The notes under the pieces are model-generated. The model did not search any database and was not told the DNA's origin. It was given only the letters and a program-made list of their open reading frames with translations. Positions 63,501 through 64,000 of a stretch of DNA of 64,000 bases are shown piece by piece (position 1 is the first letter of the stretch; each line of letters starts with the position of its first letter). Made by a program: the position numbers and the translations under genes. Source of the DNA: Nocardioides sp. (GTDB lineage: Bacteria; Actinomycetota; Actinomycetes; Propionibacteriales; Nocardioidaceae); assembly GCA_030145945.1 (NCBI GenBank), contig JASLDK010000119.1, positions 8,143-72,142 of the forward strand, given 5' to 3'.

Positions 63501-64000
63501 TCAGGGGCGGTCGAGCGCATCGGCGGCACCGACGGCGGTCAGGGACGTGGCCAGGCCTTCGGCCTCGACGGTCACGGTCTCGAGCAGGTGCTTGCCGAGA
63601 TCGGCGGGCTCGGGCAGTTCGACCGGGTAGACCCCGTCGAAGCAGGCCCGGCAGAGTTCGCTCTTGGGCTGGTTGGTCGCCTCGACCAGTTCGTCGAGGT
63701 CGATGTAGGCCAGCGAGTCGGCACCGATGGAGGCGCAGATCTCGTCGGTCGAGAGGCCGTTGGCGATCAACTCGGCGCGGGTGGCGAAGTCGATGCCGTA
63801 GAAGCACGGCCACTTCACCGGCGGCGAGGAGATCCGCACGTGCACCTCACGGGCGCCGGCCTCACGGAGCATCCGGACGAGTGCCCGCTGGGTGTTGCCA
63901 CGCACGATCGAGTCGTCGACGACCACGAGACTCTTGCCCTCGATGACATCGCGCAGCGGGTTCAGCTTGAGCCGGATGCCCAGCTGGCGGATCGTCTGCG
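63501..64000 (-). CDS. purF: Amidophosphoribosyltransferase (3' part; runs off the window)
   Basis: VVDDSIVRGNT, PCFYGIDF and CRACFDG. Confidence 0.96.
   Translation of the reverse strand, partial: QTIRQLGIRLKLNPLRDVIEGKSLVVVDDSIVRGNTQRALVRMLREAGAREVHVRISSPPVKWPCFYGIDFATRAELIANGLSTDEICASIGADSLAYIDLDELVEATNQPKSELCRACFDGVYPVELPEPADLGKHLLETVTVEAEGLATSLTAVGAADALDRP

Overview
High-GC actinobacterial chromosome; gene content and order suggest a Nocardioidaceae-like host (inference). The host backbone runs pstB, PGPGW protein, pit/DUF47, cspA, a 1.4-kaa acidic membrane-anchored protein, tRNA-Lys, thioesterase, fluoride riboswitch-crcB-crcB-DUF190, NDH-2, mycothione reductase and tRNA-Asp, then tRNA-Glu, tRNA-Phe, bldC and purM/purF. 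It is interrupted by an apparently complete ~38.5-kb siphovirus-type prophage (17440-55980) integrated in the 3' end of tRNA-Glu(TTC), with a 23-bp att direct repeat. The prophage carries a tyrosine integrase, an ImmA/repressor/Cro switch, recombination, methylase, packaging, head, tail, lysis and fibre modules. Most notable observations: (1) an AbiEi-like/DUF559 nuclease-fold gene bracketed by two ~70-bp palindromes, with a third solo copy 8 kb away, a candidate REP-like element family with a non-HUH partner gene; (2) a phage C5 methyltransferase with five tandem LLPTP modules plus a nested alternative-frame ORF carrying a sixth; (3) an endolysin fusing an EEP phosphodiesterase domain to a CHAP-like domain; (4) candidate cis-regulatory RNA structures in the late operon; (5) a small gene inserted between lysin and holin with a duplicated junction. 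All protein family calls come from motif recognition by eye, not database searches.
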